Shown: in pieces, positions 32,402 through 41,790 of the stretch
How positions within the stretch are numbered: position 1 is the stretch's first letter
Layout: each line of letters opens with the position of its first letter
Source: Caldilineae bacterium
GTDB taxonomy: Bacteria > Chloroflexota > Anaerolineae > DTLA01
NCBI GenBank assembly: GCA_037446815.1
Contig: JBBIHX010000007.1
Location: 1-41,908, forward strand
Length of the DNA: 41,908 bases
Direction of reading: 5' to 3'
Notes under the pieces: generated by a model
Told to the model about the DNA's origin: nothing
The model's input: only the letters and a program-made list of their open reading frames with translations
Databases searched by the model: none
Position numbers and translations under genes: made by a program

Positions 32402-32427
32402 GGCCTTCTCCTTTCGTCGCGTCGGTG

Positions 32428-34854
32428 CTAACTCAGGTCGCCTTTGTGTTGCCAGAACTCGCGCACTTGCTCGGCGAGCAGTGCATGCTCCGGGCTGGTC
32501 AGGTCAGGGTCCCGTTCAAAGATGCGCAGGGCTTGGCGCCGCGCCTCCTCCAGGATGCGTGTGTCGCTCAACTTGGCGAGGCGCAGGTCGGGCAAACCGC
32601 TCTGGCGGGTGCCGAAGAACTCGCCTGGGCCTCGGAGTTCCAGGTCCTTCTCCGCCAGTTTGAACCCATCGTGAATCTGCTCAATGGCACGCAGGCGTTC
32701 CTGGCTTTCGGGCGTGGCCGAGTCGGAGATGAGGATGCAGTAGGATTGGTGCTCGCCCCGACCGACGCGCCCTCGGAACTGATGCAACTGGGCCAATCCG
32801 AACCGATCCGCGCCTTCCACCATGATAACCGTGGCATTGGGAATGTCAATTCCCACCTCCACGACGGAGGTGGACACCAGGATGTGGTAGTCGCCCTCGC
32901 GGAATCGGCGCATGACCTCGTCCTTCTCGTCGCCGCGCATTCTGCCGTGGAGAAGCCCGAGCCGCAGGTCGGGGAACACGTCGCTCTGGAGCCGGCGGTG
33001 CTCCTCCACGGCGGCTTTGACGTCCAGCGCCTCGGATTCCTCTATGAGCGGGCAGATGATGAAGGCTTGGCGTCCCTCCGCAATCTGCTTGCGGAGGAAG
33101 GTGTAGGCCCTTTCGCGGTCGCGCTGGGGCAGCCAGTAGGTCTTGATCTGCTGGCGGCCGGGCGGCATCTCGTCAATCACCGAGATGTCCAAGTCGCCGT
33201 AGAGGGTGAGGGCGAGGCTGCGCGGGATGGGCGTGGCGCTCATGACTAGCATGTGGGGGTTGAACCCTTTGTCGCGGAGCGTGGCCCGCTGCATGACGCC
33301 GAAGCGGTGCTGCTCGTCTATAACCACGAACGCCAGGTCCTGAAAAGCGACGGAGCCCTGAATCAGGGCGTGGGTGCCGATGATGAGGTTCGCCGTTCCC
33401 TCTTGTATCTCCTGCCGCACGCGCTCCTTCTCGCCGTTGCTGAGGCTGCCGATGAGGAGACGAACGGTCAGGCGGTCCTTGCCGATGCCGGAGGCCTCCA
33501 GGATGCGCGTGATGGTGCGATAGTGCTGCTCGGCCAAGATCTCGGTGGGGGCCATGAGGGCTGCTTGCGCTCCGTTGTCCAGCGCCGCCACGAGCATGCC
33601 GGTGAGGGCCACGACCGTCTTGCCGGAGCCCACGTCGCCCTGCAGCAGGCGGCTCATGGGCTGGGGTTGCGCAATATCGCGCAGAATCTCATCCATTGCC
33701 CGCCTTTGCGCTTGCGTGAGTTCAAAGGGGAGCGACCGGACGAAGGCTTCCACCGTCTGCGGGTTCACGCGCAGGGGGCGCCCGGCCTGCTCACGCCATT
33801 TGCGCCGCTGACGGAGCACGCCCAACTGGATGACGAGGAACTCGTCAAAGCAGAGCCGCCGCCGCGCCTGTTCCAACTTTGCCGTGTCGTCGGGGAAATG
33901 AATTTGGGCGATGGCCGTGGGCAGGTCCACGAGGTTCGCGTCGCGCCGCACGTCTTCGGGGAGCGGGTCGGGCAGCCGCGAGGCCCAGTAGTCCACGGTG
34001 CGCTTTTGCACGCGGCGCAACCAGCGCGGACTGATGCCTTCGGTGAGGGGGTAGATGGGCACGAGACGGGCTGTGTGGATGGCCTCGCCGTTGGACAGTT
34101 CCCATTCGGGCGACTGCATCACCAGGTGGCCCAGGTAGACATCCGTCTTGCCGCTGAGGATGATGCTGCGGCCCTGCTGGAACTGCTTGTCCAGGTAGGG
34201 CTGATTGAACCACGTGGCCTGGATGGTTCCCGACCCGTCGGCGAGGGTAACGGTGGTGATGTGCATGCCGCGCTGCGATTTGCGGCTCTGCACATCCCAG
34301 ATTTGGCCGAGGACGGTAACCTGCTCGCCGGGCCGCAACGTGCCGATGGGCCGAATGGCGCTGTAGTCGTCGTAGCGGCGCGGGAACAGCATGAGGAGGT
34401 CGCGGATGGTGCGAACGCCAAGTTTCTCCAGTTTCTCGGCGTAGCCCGCGTTGATGCCAACGAGCCTTGTAACGGGCGCGTCCAGGCCAAGCCCGCCACG
34501 CGGCGCTTCGCGAGGAGGGGCGGGGGGCGCGGGCCTGGCAACGGGGCGGGCCGAGGCGGGCGGGGGCGCGGGCGGGGTCTCGGCTCCTTCGCCCTCCAGC
34601 CGCGCGACGGTCTTGCGGATGGCGCGGATGACCTCTGCGCGCCCCTCCGCGGTGGAGCGGGTGGGGTAGGCAGTGATGAGGTCTCCGATCTGGCGCACGA
34701 GCGCCTGCTTGTCGGCGCTCGGGTACGCTTCGGAGGCTTCCTTGAGCCAGTGGCTGGCCAGTTTGTCCAATCCCCCGATGACGGCGTCGTTCCTGTAGTC
34801 TCTCTGCTCCTCCAGGTCAAGGATTCTCAACAGTTTCTCTGCAACAGGATTCAT
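32428..34854 (-). CDS. recG: ATP-dependent DNA helicase RecG, with N-terminal extension
   Basis: Wedge domain FPRRY.D, Walker A LQGDVGSGKT, DEQHRFG, MSATPIPR, QLHQFRGRVGRG and TRG motif RGPGEFFGTRQSG. Confidence 0.96.
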   Translation of the reverse strand: MNPVAEKLLRILDLEEQRDYRNDAVIGGLDKLASHWLKEASEAYPSADKQALVRQIGDLITAYPTRSTAEGRAEVIRAIRKTVARLEGEGAETPPAPPPASARPVARPAPPAPPREAPRGGLGLDAPVTRLVGINAGYAEKLEKLGVRTIRDLLMLFPRRYDDYSAIRPIGTLRPGEQVTVLGQIWDVQSRKSQRGMHITTVTLADGSGTIQATWFNQPYLDKQFQQGRSIILSGKTDVYLGHLVMQSPEWELSNGEAIHTARLVPIYPLTEGISPRWLRRVQKRTVDYWASRLPDPLPEDVRRDANLVDLPTAIAQIHFPDDTAKLEQARRRLCFDEFLVIQLGVLRQRRKWREQAGRPLRVNPQTVEAFVRSLPFELTQAQRRAMDEILRDIAQPQPMSRLLQGDVGSGKTVVALTGMLVAALDNGAQAALMAPTEILAEQHYRTITRILEASGIGKDRLTVRLLIGSLSNGEKERVRQEIQEGTANLIIGTHALIQGSVAFQDLAFVVIDEQHRFGVMQRATLRDKGFNPHMLVMSATPIPRSLALTLYGDLDISVIDEMPPGRQQIKTYWLPQRDRERAYTFLRKQIAEGRQAFIICPLIEESEALDVKAAVEEHRRLQSDVFPDLRLGLLHGRMRGDEKDEVMRRFREGDYHILVSTSVVEVGIDIPNATVIMVEGADRFGLAQLHQFRGRVGRGEHQSYCILISDSATPESQERLRAIEQIHDGFKLAEKDLELRGPGEFFGTRQSGLPDLRLAKLSDTRILEEARRQALRIFERDPDLTSPEHALLAEQVREFWQHKGDLS

Positions 34855-34903
34855 CCGCGTCTCCGGACTGTCGTTAGAGTGAGCGTAAGAAGGCGCAGGC
34901 GCG

Positions 34904-35737
34904 TCAGCGCTTCGTGATGCAGGCGAAGCCTACCGCGCCCGGGCCGGCGTGCGTCCCGATGACGGAGCCCGCTTCTATGATAGCAGGTTTCACGCCGGAA
35001 TTCAAGCGGGAGAGGCGCGTCGCAAACCAGTCGGCGACTTCGGCCGCCGCGGTGTGCAGCACGACGAGGTGGTCAAAGGGGGCGTGCGTCTGGGCGATTT
35101 CCAGCAACCGATGGAGCGAGTTCTCCCGATGGCGGGTGCGGGCCAGCTGCTCCAGACGGTTGTCAAAGACCTGGATGACAGGGCGGATGCTCAGGAGTCG
35201 GCCAAGGGTGGCGCTGATGCGGGTGAGCCGGCCGCCGCGACGCAGGTATTCCAGCGTGTCCAAAACCGCGATGACCCGCGTTCGCGGCTTCAGGCTATTC
35301 AGCAGGTGAATCAACTGTTCCAGGGTGGCGCCTTTGCGGGCTGCCTTGGCGGCCTCAAGCACCATGAGGCCAAGGCCCATGGACAACAGGCCGCTGTCGT
35401 AAACGCTGACGTTGCGTTCGGCCAGGGATTCGGACGCGAGTTGCGCGGCGCCGAAAAGCCCGCTGAAGGTGGAGCCGAGATGAATGCCGAGGACCGGCTC
35501 CCCGCTTTGGCCGGCTTGCGCGTAGGCCTCCATAAATTCGCCGACCGACGGTTGCGACGTGGTGGGTAGGGTGGGGGAGGCTACCAGGCGGGCGAAGAAC
35601 TCGCCGGTGGAGATGTCCACGCCTTCGCGGAACGACTCCAGGCCGAAGTTGACGATGGCCGGAACGACATGGATCCCGTGCTCGCGCGCCAGTTCCCGAG
35701 GGATGTCCGACGTGCTGTCGGTTACGATTCTGACCAA
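34904..35737 (-). CDS. DegV family fatty-acid-binding protein (FakB-like)
   Basis: RIVTDSTSD, TTSQPS, HLGSTFSG, DSGLLSMG, YLRRGGR and IGTHAGPG. TTG start. Confidence 0.9.
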   Translation of the reverse strand: MVRIVTDSTSDIPRELAREHGIHVVPAIVNFGLESFREGVDISTGEFFARLVASPTLPTTSQPSVGEFMEAYAQAGQSGEPVLGIHLGSTFSGLFGAAQLASESLAERNVSVYDSGLLSMGLGLMVLEAAKAARKGATLEQLIHLLNSLKPRTRVIAVLDTLEYLRRGGRLTRISATLGRLLSIRPVIQVFDNRLEQLARTRHRENSLHRLLEIAQTHAPFDHLVVLHTAAAEVADWFATRLSRLNSGVKPAIIEAGSVIGTHAGPGAVGFACITKR

Positions 35738-35758
35738 GGTTCGCTCCTGGCCGAAGCC

Positions 35759-36601
35759 CTAGATGTCCTCAAAGACGACGACGCCCATGGCTCCGGGGCC
35801 TACGTGGCTGGCGAGAACGGGGCCATAGGGCACGACGGGCGTCTCCACGGACGGAAAGTACTCTCGGAGCAACTCGCGCAGTTGGTGGGTCTCGTCGTTC
35901 TCCTGCTCCTGGAGAATCCAGAGTTCCTTGATTCGGCTGAATTCGGAGACGAATTCGGCGAGTTTTTCAATGGCCTTGGCCCGCGTCCGCACCTTCTCCA
36001 ACGGCTGGATTTCGCCGTCCTCAAGGATGAGCAAGGGTTTGATGTTGAGCATGCTGCCGAGGAGGGCCTCGGCTTTGCCGATGCGACCGCCGCGCTCCAA
36101 GTAGTCCAGCGTGTCTACGAAGAAGACGAGGTAGATGCGGGGGATGAGCCCGCGGACGTAGGGAATCAGTTCATCCAGCGTCATGCCGGAGGCGGCTGCC
36201 TTGGCGGTTTCGCGGGCCAGGACGGCCAGGCCGGCCGACGTGGTTTGGGAATCCACGACGTGGATACGCGTGCGACCCAGGAGGGCTTCAGCGGCGGCCT
36301 GGGCGAATGCGAAGGTCTGGCTCAGTTTGGCGGACAGGTGGATGGATAGGACTTGGTCCGTCTTGCGGGCGACGGCCCGATACACCTGGCGGAAATCTTC
36401 CACCGTGGGGGGCGACGTAACGGGCCCGGTGGATGAGCGCCGCATGCGGGTGAACATCTGCTCGCTTGAAATGTCCACGCCTTCCCGAAAGACCTGGTCT
36501 CCGAACCGAATGTACAGGGGCACCACCTGGATGCCGTACTGCTCGCATTCGGCCGGCGAGAGTCCTGCGGTGCTATCGGTAACGATAATCGGGCGTGCCA
36601 T
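35759..36601 (-). CDS. DegV family fatty-acid-binding protein (FakB-like), second paralogue
   Basis: IIVTDSTA, TSPP, HLSAKLSQT, DSQTTS, YLERGGRIG and SHVGPG. Confidence 0.92.
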   Translation of the reverse strand: MARPIIVTDSTAGLSPAECEQYGIQVVPLYIRFGDQVFREGVDISSEQMFTRMRRSSTGPVTSPPTVEDFRQVYRAVARKTDQVLSIHLSAKLSQTFAFAQAAAEALLGRTRIHVVDSQTTSAGLAVLARETAKAAASGMTLDELIPYVRGLIPRIYLVFFVDTLDYLERGGRIGKAEALLGSMLNIKPLLILEDGEIQPLEKVRTRAKAIEKLAEFVSEFSRIKELWILQEQENDETHQLRELLREYFPSVETPVVPYGPVLASHVGPGAMGVVVFEDI

Positions 36602-36649
36602 TCCTCCTCCTCTGCGGTGTGCCTCTCCGACAGACTGGTTAGGCGATCA

Positions 36650-38305
36650 TTATTCCAGGGAAAGGATGTAGGGATAGTGCGGCTGCCCGCCGCTGATGAT
36701 CTCTACCTCCAGGTGGCTGAACTGCGCCTTGATCTTGTCGGCCAGGGCCTGGGCTTCCGCTTCCCCCACGTCCTCACCGTAGTATATCGTAAGAATCTCG
36801 CTTTCGTCCAGCGGCAGGGATTCCAGCGCGCTGAGGATGACCTGATGGTAGTCGGCGCCGGTGAATTTCAGGTCGCCGTTCACCAGGCCGATGATGTCGC
36901 CTTCTCGGACGGCGAGGCCGTTGACGCGCGCCGAGCGTACCGCGCGCGTAACTTCCACGGTCTGAACGCGCCCGAAGGCTTGCTCCATGATCTGAGCATT
37001 GGCGGCCGCGTCGGCCTGGTAGTTGAAGGCCAAGAGCGACGCGATTCCCTGCGGGATGGTCTTGGTGGGAATGACGAAGACATTCTTGCGAGACAGGGTT
37101 TTGGCCTGCTGCGCCGATAGGATAACGTTGCGGTTGTTGGGGAGCACGATGACGTTGTCGGCCTTGACGCCCTCTATGGCCTTGAGCAGTTCCTCGGTGC
37201 TGGGGTTCATGGTCTGGCCGCCCGAGACAACGGCGCTGGCGCCCAGGCTCTCAAAGACGCGGCGCAGGCCGGCCCCCGGCGCGACGGCCACCGTGGCGAT
37301 GTTGCAGATTTCCTCGGCGGAGACGGGGGGCTTGGTCTGGGCCTGCACGAACTCCTGGTACTGCTCCTGCATGTCTTCCACGATGACGTGGCTGATGGAG
37401 CCGAGGCTGGCGCCGTAGTTGATGGGCGTGCCGGGCGTGGGGGTGTGGACGTGCACCTTGATGGTCGTGCTGTCGCCCACAACCATGACGGAGTCGCCCA
37501 TCTCCGAGATTTTCTGTCGGACGGCCTCTACATCCAGGTTGTGGCCGTGGATGATGAACTGGGTGTCATAGCCGTATTCGGCTTCGGCATGGGGAACGGT
37601 CAGTTCCGCATGGGCTACAGAAATCGGAAGCATCTCCACAGTTTCACCTCGCGCAAATCGGAGGGCGCCCTCCAGGATGATGGCGAGACCCTGCCCGCCC
37701 GCGTCCACGACGCCTGCTTCCTTGAGCACGGCGAGGAGGGAGGGGGTGCGGCTGACGGAATGCCGCGCTTCCTCCACGGCGGTCTCCAGGAGCGCCACGA
37801 TGTCGTCGGTATCCTCAACAGCGCGGGCACAGGCATCGGCGACCTCGCGCGCGACCGTGAGGATGGTGCCTTCTACAGGCTTCAGCACGCCTTTGTAGGC
37901 TGTAACCGCGCCTTCGCGCATGGCGGCGGCAAGGTCGGCGGCGGTGAACGAGTCTTTCTTGTGCAGGTAGCGCGCCATGCCGCGGAGCAACTGGGACAGA
38001 ATGACGCCCGAATTGCCGCGAGCGCCCATGAGCGCGCCGTGGGCGACTTTCTGGATAACCTCGCTGGCCGACTCGCCGGGGTTGTCGCCCACTTCCTTGA
38101 TCGCCGACTGGAGCGTGAGCATCATGTTCGTGCCGGTATCCCCGTCGGGCACCGGAAATACGTTCAGGGCATTCACTGCCTGGACGTGTTGCTCAAACCA
38201 GGCGGCGCTTACGCGCAACGCTTTGAACAGGCCTTCCCCGTCGCAGACGCGCACGGTATCTCTTCTTCTCGGTGTATGGGTTCTGTCTGGGGTTTCCGAC
38301 GCCAA
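36650..38305 (-). CDS. fakA: DAK2-domain fatty acid kinase catalytic subunit (FakA/YloV)
   Basis: NALNVFPVPDGDTGTNM, GARGNSGVILSQ, EGTILTV, VVDAGG, KVHVHT, GGQTMNPS and GGQPHY. TTG start. Confidence 0.9.
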   Translation of the reverse strand: MASETPDRTHTPRRRDTVRVCDGEGLFKALRVSAAWFEQHVQAVNALNVFPVPDGDTGTNMMLTLQSAIKEVGDNPGESASEVIQKVAHGALMGARGNSGVILSQLLRGMARYLHKKDSFTAADLAAAMREGAVTAYKGVLKPVEGTILTVAREVADACARAVEDTDDIVALLETAVEEARHSVSRTPSLLAVLKEAGVVDAGGQGLAIILEGALRFARGETVEMLPISVAHAELTVPHAEAEYGYDTQFIIHGHNLDVEAVRQKISEMGDSVMVVGDSTTIKVHVHTPTPGTPINYGASLGSISHVIVEDMQEQYQEFVQAQTKPPVSAEEICNIATVAVAPGAGLRRVFESLGASAVVSGGQTMNPSTEELLKAIEGVKADNVIVLPNNRNVILSAQQAKTLSRKNVFVIPTKTIPQGIASLLAFNYQADAAANAQIMEQAFGRVQTVEVTRAVRSARVNGLAVREGDIIGLVNGDLKFTGADYHQVILSALESLPLDESEILTIYYGEDVGEAEAQALADKIKAQFSHLEVEIISGGQPHYPYILSLE

Positions 38306-38352
38306 ATTCCCGTTCCTCGCTTTCCGTGCAGGGTGGTGGCGCAGGGAGCGCG

Positions 38353-38709
38353 TCAGTCGGCGCTGCTGACCCGCAATCCTTGAACGTGAACGTTGACTTC
38401 CTTGACGGGCACGCCAAGGGCTTTTTCCACGCTGAACCTTACGGCGCTCATGATGTTGTTGGCGACGACCGAGATGCGCGTTCCGTACTCAATGACGACG
38501 TACAGGTCGATGCGAATCTCGTTGCCGTCCAGCCGAACCTGGACGCCGCGCCTGCTTCGGTCGCCGGTGAGCACTTCCACGATGCCATCGCGGACGTTGG
38601 CCGGGGCCATCCCCACGACGCCGTAGGACTTGAGCACCGCCTGGCTTGCGATGCTGGCGATGGCAGCCGGCGACACTTCAATTCTGCCCAGTCTGGTTTG
38701 TTCTGTCAT
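38353..38709 (-). CDS. Asp23/Gls24 family envelope stress protein (YloU-like)
   Basis: GRIEVSPAAIASIA..YGVVGMA..IDLYVVIEYG..VNVHVQG, in the usual position between rpmB and fakA. Confidence 0.92.
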   Translation of the reverse strand: MTEQTRLGRIEVSPAAIASIASQAVLKSYGVVGMAPANVRDGIVEVLTGDRSRRGVQVRLDGNEIRIDLYVVIEYGTRISVVANNIMSAVRFSVEKALGVPVKEVNVHVQGLRVSSAD

Positions 38710-38770
38710 AGGAATCCTTCACTCCTGCGCCTGTGTGCTCCGGGCCGGTTGCAAAACGCAACGCGTCATT

Positions 38771-38799
38771 TTGCCGAAAACGCGAACCTGTGCTAATAT
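38771..38799 (+). promoter_or_regulatory. Candidate sigma70 promoter for rpmB
   Basis: TTGCCG (38771-38776), 17 nt, TAATAT (38794-38799), with an extended -10 TG. Confidence 0.55.
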
Positions 38800-38864
38800 G
38801 GCTTGGTGCGCAATGTGCGCCGCACGCATTTCTTGATCTTGCATTATGAAAGGGGTCAGGTTCT

Positions 38865-39044
38865 ATGGCAAAATGTGAAATGTGCATGCGCGGGCCTCAG
38901 TTTGGGCACAACGTGAGCCATTCCAATCGGCGCACCAACCGCCGTTTTGATGTGAACGTTCAGATGGCCACAATCGTGATTGATGGCCGCAAGAAGCGCG
39001 TTCGCATCTGCTCTCGCTGCCTGAAAACGCTCCAGAAAGCGTAA
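38865..39044 (+). CDS. rpmB: 50S ribosomal protein L28, zinc-binding form (59 aa)
   Basis: Not in the ORF track. Hand translation MAKCEMCMRGPQFGHNVSHSNRRTNRRFDVNVQMATIVIDGRKKRVRICSRCLKTLQKA*; AAAGGGG SD. Confidence 0.95.
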   Translation: MAKCEMCMRGPQFGHNVSHSNRRTNRRFDVNVQMATIVIDGRKKRVRICSRCLKTLQKA

Positions 39045-39064
39045 CGCTTCCCGAGGTTCCACGC

Positions 39065-39089
39065 AAGGCCAGCCCCGCGCTGGCCTTTT
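39065..39089 (+). terminator. Intrinsic terminator after rpmB, possibly bidirectional with rpe
   Basis: AAGGCCAGC-cccgc-GCTGGCCTT followed by TTCT, between the convergent rpmB and rpe stops. Confidence 0.75.
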
Positions 39090-39098
39090 CTATTGCCT

Positions 39099-39767
39099 CT
39101 AACCCTGCTTCAGGGCAATCGCTTCGCGAAGACGGCGTATGGCCGCGGCAATCGGGATGTCTGCCGCGAAGATGGCCGCGCCCGCCACGATGATGTCGGC
39201 CCCGGCCTGGGCCACACGCGGCGCGGTCTGCGGGTTCAACCCGCCGTCCACTTCAATCACGGGCCGACGGTCTCGGCCATCCAGCCACTGGCGCAGGCGC
39301 GCGATCTTGGCCGTCATGGTGTCAATGTACTTCTGCCCCCCGAACCCGGGGTTGACGGTCATGATGAGCACCAAGTCCACGTGATCCAGAATCTCTTCCA
39401 AGACGGTGATGGGGGTGGCGGGATTCAACGATACCCCCGGCGCCGCGCCCAGTTCCCGGATGCGTTGCACCGTGCGGTGAAGGTGCGGGCACGCTTCGTA
39501 GTGGACGGTGAGGATGTCCGCACCGGCCTCGCGGAAGGCTTCCAGGTATCGCTCCGGCTTCTCTATCATCAGGTGGACGTCCAGGGGCAGGGCTGTGCTG
39601 CGCCGCGCGGCGCTGACCAGCACAGGCCCCGCCGTGATGTTGGGCACGAATTGCCCATCCATCACGTCCACGTGGATATAGTCCGCGCCGCCATGCTCGG
39701 CCTCGGCGATTTGCTCGCCCAGCCGCGCGAAGTCGGCGGATAGAATGGATGCGGAGATTCGGGTCAT
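39099..39767 (-). CDS. rpe: Ribulose-phosphate 3-epimerase
   Basis: ISASILSADFA, IHVDVMDGQFVPN, DVHLMI, MTVNPGFGGQ and EVDGG. Confidence 0.97.
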   Translation of the reverse strand: MTRISASILSADFARLGEQIAEAEHGGADYIHVDVMDGQFVPNITAGPVLVSAARRSTALPLDVHLMIEKPERYLEAFREAGADILTVHYEACPHLHRTVQRIRELGAAPGVSLNPATPITVLEEILDHVDLVLIMTVNPGFGGQKYIDTMTAKIARLRQWLDGRDRRPVIEVDGGLNPQTAPRVAQAGADIIVAGAAIFAADIPIAAAIRRLREAIALKQG

Positions 39768-39773
39768 AATGCT

Positions 39774-39802
39774 ATCTTACCCGTTCTTCTGCGAAAACGC
39801 AA
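39774..39802 (-). promoter_or_regulatory. Candidate sigma70 promoter giving a leaderless rpe mRNA
   Basis: TTGCGT (39797-39802), 17 nt, TAAGAT (39774-39779). The ATG begins 7 nt downstream and has no SD. Confidence 0.45.
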
Positions 39803-39848
39803 GAATTCGCTTGCGGCGAGTCGGTTCCAAAGTCTGCTGGCATCTACC

Positions 39849-39917
39849 GTCATTCTGAGCGGCGAAGCCGCGAAGAATCTCGCTGACCGAGATGCTTCGC
39901 CTTCGGCTCAGCATGAC
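39849..39917. repeat. 69-bp CGTC-tagged REP-like palindrome
   Basis: CGTCATTCTGAGCGGCGAAGCCGCGAAGAATCTCG-ctgac-CGAGATGCTTCGCCTTCGGCTCAGCATGAC, an inverted copy of 2685-2753. Confidence 0.85.
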
Positions 39918-40034
39918 AGAGTGGGGAGGCGGCGTCCGGGACAGACCAACACAAGATAAAACCGAGTCCTTGCGGCAAACGTTCACAGTGCGGCTGCACG
40001 GTGCGGAACGCGGCCGGCCACGGCAGACGGCGGG

Positions 40035-41078
40035 CTATGGCTGTGCCTGGACGGCGCGCGCCCTGAGTTGGCCGCACGCCGCCTGGATGTCGGTGCCGCG
40101 CCCCAGGCGAACGGTGCAGGCGATCCCGTTCTCGGTGAGGATGGTCTGGAATTGGCGGACGCGCTCGCGGGGGCTGGGCCGCCATGGGGAGTTGGGAATC
40201 GGGTTCACGGGAATCAGGTTGACGTGCGCCGGCAGGCCGCGCAGGAGCGCCGCCAGGGCATGGCCGTGCTCGGGCTTGTCGTTGAGGCCGGCGATGAGGG
40301 CGTACTCAAACGTAACGCGGCGGCCGGTCAACTTTACATAATCGCGAACGGCATCCATGAGCGGGCCGATGGGGTAGGCGCGGTTGATCGGAACCAGTTG
40401 GTCGCGCAAGGCGTCGTCGGGCGCATGGAGCGAGATCGCCAGGCGCACCTGGGACCGCTCTTGAGCGAACCGACGGATGCCGGGGATGAGGCCGACGGTG
40501 GAGATGACGATGTGCCGCGCACCCAAGCCCAGGCCAGCGGGGTCCATGAGAATGGACACGGCCCTCCAGACGGCGTCGTAGTTGGCAAAGGGCTCGCCCA
40601 TGCCCATGAACACGACGTTGGTAACGCGGGTGGATTGTGCCGCGAGAAGCCGCGCAAAGGCGAGCACCTGGCCGACGATTTCGCCGGCGGTGAGGTTGCG
40701 CCGCAGCCCGCCCTGGCCCGTGGCGCAGAACACGCACCCCATCGCGCAGCCCGCCTGCGTGGACACGCACACGCTTTCGCGGGTCTCGTACCGCATCCAG
40801 ACGGTCTCAATGATTTCGCCGTCGGCAAGGCGCAGGGCGAGTTTGCGCGTTTGGCCGTCTTCCGATAGATGCTCGGCGAGAGGCTCAAAAGGAGCGAGGG
40901 TGAATGCGGCTTCCAGGCGCTGGCGAAGCGCGACCGGCAGGTTGGTCATCTGGGCGAATTGCAGCACGCCTTGCTTGTAGGCCCAGTTCCAAACCTGCCG
41001 GGCGCGGTAGGTCGGTTCTCCCCACTCCTTCAGGCGGGCCTCCAGTTCGGGAAGCGTGAGATCAAGGAGCAGTTCCAC
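40035..41078 (-). CDS. rlmN: 23S rRNA (adenine-2503-C2)-methyltransferase RlmN (radical SAM)
   Basis: CVSTQAGCAMGCVFC (CxxxCxxC), MGMGEP, SLHA, HVNLIP and DIQAACGQL. The GTG start at 41078 is uncertain. Confidence 0.93.
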   Translation of the reverse strand: MELLLDLTLPELEARLKEWGEPTYRARQVWNWAYKQGVLQFAQMTNLPVALRQRLEAAFTLAPFEPLAEHLSEDGQTRKLALRLADGEIIETVWMRYETRESVCVSTQAGCAMGCVFCATGQGGLRRNLTAGEIVGQVLAFARLLAAQSTRVTNVVFMGMGEPFANYDAVWRAVSILMDPAGLGLGARHIVISTVGLIPGIRRFAQERSQVRLAISLHAPDDALRDQLVPINRAYPIGPLMDAVRDYVKLTGRRVTFEYALIAGLNDKPEHGHALAALLRGLPAHVNLIPVNPIPNSPWRPSPRERVRQFQTILTENGIACTVRLGRGTDIQAACGQLRARAVQAQP

Positions 41079-41085
41079 AGCGCGC

Positions 41086-41790
41086 TCAATCGTTTCTGCG
41101 CAGCCCGCCCAGGAGGAAGACGTAGTACAGGAGGGTGGAGATGCTCTGGGCGGCGGCAGCCACATAGGTCAGCGCGGCAGCCGACAGCACCGACTTGGCT
41201 CCGTTGGACTCCTGCTGGGTTACCAGCCCCGCCTTGGTGAGCATCTGCATGGCGCGCGCACTGGCGTTGAGTTCCACCGGAAGCGTGATGAGCGAGAAGA
41301 CCGCCGCGCCCGCGAAGGCGATGACTCCCAACACCGCCAGGTCGTACGCCTGGAGCAGGAAGCCGATGATGAACAGGATGGGGCCGAGCCACGTGCCGAT
41401 GTTGACGATGGGGACGATGGCCGAGCGCACGCGCAAGGGGCCGTATCCCTCGGCGTGCTGCACGGCATGGCCGACCTCGTGGGCGACGATGCCCAGGGCC
41501 GCCACCGACGGGGAGTTGGCGACGCCGCGCGACAGGCGCAGTTTCCTCTTGGACGGGTCGTAGTGATCCGAGAGTTCGCCGGGCGTGCCCTCAATCTCCA
41601 CGTCGTAGAGGCCGGCGCTGTCCAGCAGGTAGCGCGCGGCGTTGAGGCCGGTGATGCCGCGGCCGTTGGGCACGCGCAGGTACTTGGAGTACGACGTGCG
41701 GATTTTCATCTGGGCGTACAGGCCCAGCAGCAGCGCGGGCAGGGCAAATATCAGATACATCGGGTCAAAGTAGAGACCTGGAAAGAACAT
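41086..41790 (-). CDS. Membrane zinc metallopeptidase (YugP-like, Zn_peptidase_2)
   Basis: LSDHYDP, VAHEVGHAVQH (HExxH), TLPVELNAS and AALTYVAA. AAGGAGG SD. Confidence 0.92.
   Translation of the reverse strand: MFFPGLYFDPMYLIFALPALLLGLYAQMKIRTSYSKYLRVPNGRGITGLNAARYLLDSAGLYDVEIEGTPGELSDHYDPSKRKLRLSRGVANSPSVAALGIVAHEVGHAVQHAEGYGPLRVRSAIVPIVNIGTWLGPILFIIGFLLQAYDLAVLGVIAFAGAAVFSLITLPVELNASARAMQMLTKAGLVTQQESNGAKSVLSAAALTYVAAAAQSISTLLYYVFLLGGLRRND

Noticed and set aside
34450-34854. About 130-aa helical plus Pro-rich N-terminal extension on RecG
   Set aside because: N-terminal extensions of RecG are known in several lineages, and nothing in the sequence suggests a new function.
34904-38305. Two tandem degV genes beside fakA
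   Set aside because: Multiple FakB paralogues with FakA are an ordinary fatty acid kinase arrangement.
38807-38821. TGCGCA-ATG-TGCGCC near the rpmB promoter, similar to the operator motif
   Set aside because: It has a 3-nt spacer instead of 4, occurs once, and could arise by chance in GC-rich DNA.
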